Shown piece by piece: positions 62,009 through 64,000 of a stretch of DNA of 64,000 nt. Within the stretch, counting starts at the first letter, position 1, and each line of letters starts with the position of its first letter. A program made the position numbers and the translations under genes. The notes under the pieces are model-generated. The model had not been told where the DNA came from and ran no database searches. It worked only from the letters and a program-made list of their open reading frames with translations. The DNA is taken from assembly GCF_902713615.1 (NCBI RefSeq), contig NC_052154.1:192796948-192860947 (forward strand), given 5' to 3'. The stretch is from Scyliorhinus canicula. Its lineage: Eukaryota.

Positions 62009-62182
62009 ATTTTTATTAGGGTATTTGCAAATTTTTATTATAATAATAACAGCGACATAAACATGGTACTATAAACGTTTCCATCACAAACTTCACCCCC
62101 CCCCCCCCCCCCCACCAATAAACAACAATCTGGCCCTCTTTTTTTTTTTTTTTTTCTTTCCCCCACCCCCTTGGAATTCTGC
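62009..62182 (-). mobile_element. Short L1-like 3' end insertion
   Basis: T-rich tail with TTTATT; TSD TGGAACTCT at 62000-62008 and 62183-62191. Confidence 0.6.
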
Positions 62183-62194
62183 TGGAACTCTTTT

Positions 62195-63110
62195 TGTGAG
62201 ACACCGAAAACATCGGCCTTCAATAGAGAGAACTTCAAAGAACTCCTAACCATGACATATCCACAGATGTGGACGTGTTTGAGAAAATCCACTAACTCCC
62301 CACTGAGTGGAGATCTTGGGCTCCCACCAAGTGAGGACAAAGCCGCTATTAAACACATGAAGAATGGAAAAGCCACCAAGTGGACGGGATCCCAGCAGAG
62401 ATATTCCAGCTTGGAGGAGATGAGATCACCCGTCATCTCCCATTAGCTGTTTCTGAATCTGGGACAAAGATGAGATTCTTGCTGGGGTGCCATCCGTCAT
62501 CACTATTTTCAGGGAAGGAGACAAAGCAGACTCTGGGACCTACTGGAGAATCTCCCTACTCTCCATTGCCTGAATCTTCAATAGCCACCTTCTCCCAGTC
62601 TCTGAAGAAATCATTCTGAAAAGCCAGTGTGGCTTCCAACTAAACCGTTCGTTCAACAATGGACGTGATTTTCACTGCTTAACAACTTTGAGAAAGGCCA
62701 GGAGCAACATCAACCACTCGACATGGTCGTCTTCAATCTGACCAAGGCTTTTGATTTCAGTCAGTTGGGAGGTGCTATGGAAGACTCTGTCCAAGACCCG
62801 GATGTCCAGAGAAAGTCAACAACTTCCTCGCAACTCTTCCACGACAAGATATCGCCGACAGTCCCCACCATGTGGATGGCGTCACTACCCCACTCCGAGG
62901 AAGAGAATCTCTAAACTATGCTTGACACCTTCGCAGAAGCATACCAAAGAATCAGTCTCCGCCTCAACCTCCAGAAGATGCAAGTCCTTTACCAACCCGC
63001 CCCAAGGCAAAGTGCTCCCATCCATCCATCCATCCATCCATCCATCCAGATCAAAGGTGAAACCCTGCAAAACCTAGAACATTTAGTTGACCTGGGGAGC
63101 GGAGAAAAGG
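62195..63110 (+). mobile_element. Second decayed RTE-clade LINE RT fragment
   Basis: AIKHMKNGKA..VDGIPAEIF..GG, SQCGF, NLTKAFD, MLDTFAEAYQRISLRLNLQK; (CCAT)n at 63017-63047. Confidence 0.8.
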
Positions 63111-63539
63111 TGTCCAACATCACTGGCTCACTGTTGAAGAAAGAAGGTGGACCTCTTGAAAATGCCCCAGGCATTGTTCAAGTGCCTTCCCTGGCATCTG
63201 CATGCCACGTTGTTCAAGGCAGGTTTTCCCACTGGCATTGTGGAGAATCGGGCATGGGTGGTCGGGTCTGTATCTCATTAGTGGGATGAAAATCTGTTTC
63301 ATACCAGACTCCAGCAGGTTTGCCGATCTGCCATGGTGGGAACCAGCGGAAGATGCCATGGAAAATTCAGGCCGGTAAAATTGATTTTGAGCCTTCAATG
63401 GATTTCTGTTCACTCCCTGCTCGTCGTTGAGCCCACCGGCAGCGGGCATGGCAGAATTTTGCCCATATTGAGGAAGAACCTTTCCAGCATGGCTCGGTGG
63501 ATAGTATTCCTGCCTTTTAAGGGTTCAATCTCAGTCCAG

Positions 63540-64000
63540 GACTTGGCCCAAAATCAACAATTGCTCTCGCTGGAGTTCTGCAGCACATCTGAGGTGCTCT
63601 CTTCCCAATGAGATGTTATATTGAAACCCAGTGTACCCTCTCTGGTGGGTGTGAAAGATCCGATGAGGGCAGCATGGTGACGCAGTGGGTAGCACCGCTG
63701 CCTCATGGTGCCGAGGACCCGGGTTCATTCCCAGACCAGGGTCATTGTCCGTGTGGAGTTTGCACATTCTCCCCGTGTTTGCGTGGGTCTCCCCTCCACA
63801 ACCCAAATATGCGCAGGGCTGGTGGATTGGCCATGTTAAACTGCCCCTTAATTGGAACATTTAAAAAAAAAAATAGAAGATCCTATGGCACTATTTGAAA
63901 GAAAAGCAGGGGAGTTGTGCTGGTCAATATTAAACCTCCATCGATATCACATACTGCTTCATCTCGTCTTCCTGTGGCAGCTCGCTGTGTGCAGATTGGC
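63540..64000 (+). mobile_element. SacSINE1-like element with a nested HE1 (63667-63872)
   Basis: atgagatgttat...aaagatcc|...|agatcctatggcactatttgaa...gtggcagctcgctgtgtgcagattggc. Confidence 0.7.

Noticed and set aside
56538-64000. Remaining CSRP3 exons (PWHK.CFRC... and the C-terminus)
   Set aside because: No matching translation found by eye; they presumably lie beyond 64000.

Overview
Eukaryotic, repeat-rich DNA from a cartilaginous fish (shark, catshark-like), inferred from abundant HE1-type and SacSINE1-type SINEs. Two spliced genes lie in tandem on the + strand. (1) The 3' half of E2F8: five coding exons at 1423-1987, 4027-4317, 4493-4628, 5853-6250 and 10546-10737, all phase-compatible, plus a ~1 kb 3' UTR. 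(2) The first three coding exons of CSRP3/muscle LIM protein at 44622-44733, 47197-47365 and 56411-56537; the remaining exons lie beyond the window. This is the same E2F8-CSRP3 order as on human 11p15. The rest is intronic or intergenic DNA densely filled with tRNA-derived SINEs, CR1, L2, L1, Tx1, RTE and Rex1 LINE fragments, solo LTRs, a decayed hAT (Buster/Charlie-like) transposon, Penelope ends and MITEs; most ORF-track entries are incidental. I found no convincing wholly new system. The most notable items are a candidate muscle promoter/non-coding first exon at ~25.9-26.1 kb, a perfect 14 x 13-bp E-box minisatellite in a CSRP3 intron, a Penelope palindrome carrying a minimal hammerhead-ribozyme motif, an E2F8 exon with no counterpart in the human protein as I recall it, modular SINE head/tail swapping, an LTR-borne CTCF-like motif and frequent G/C homopolymers. 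Repeat boundaries are read by eye and approximate unless target-site duplications (TSDs) are given; family assignments and human comparisons are from memory, not database searches.
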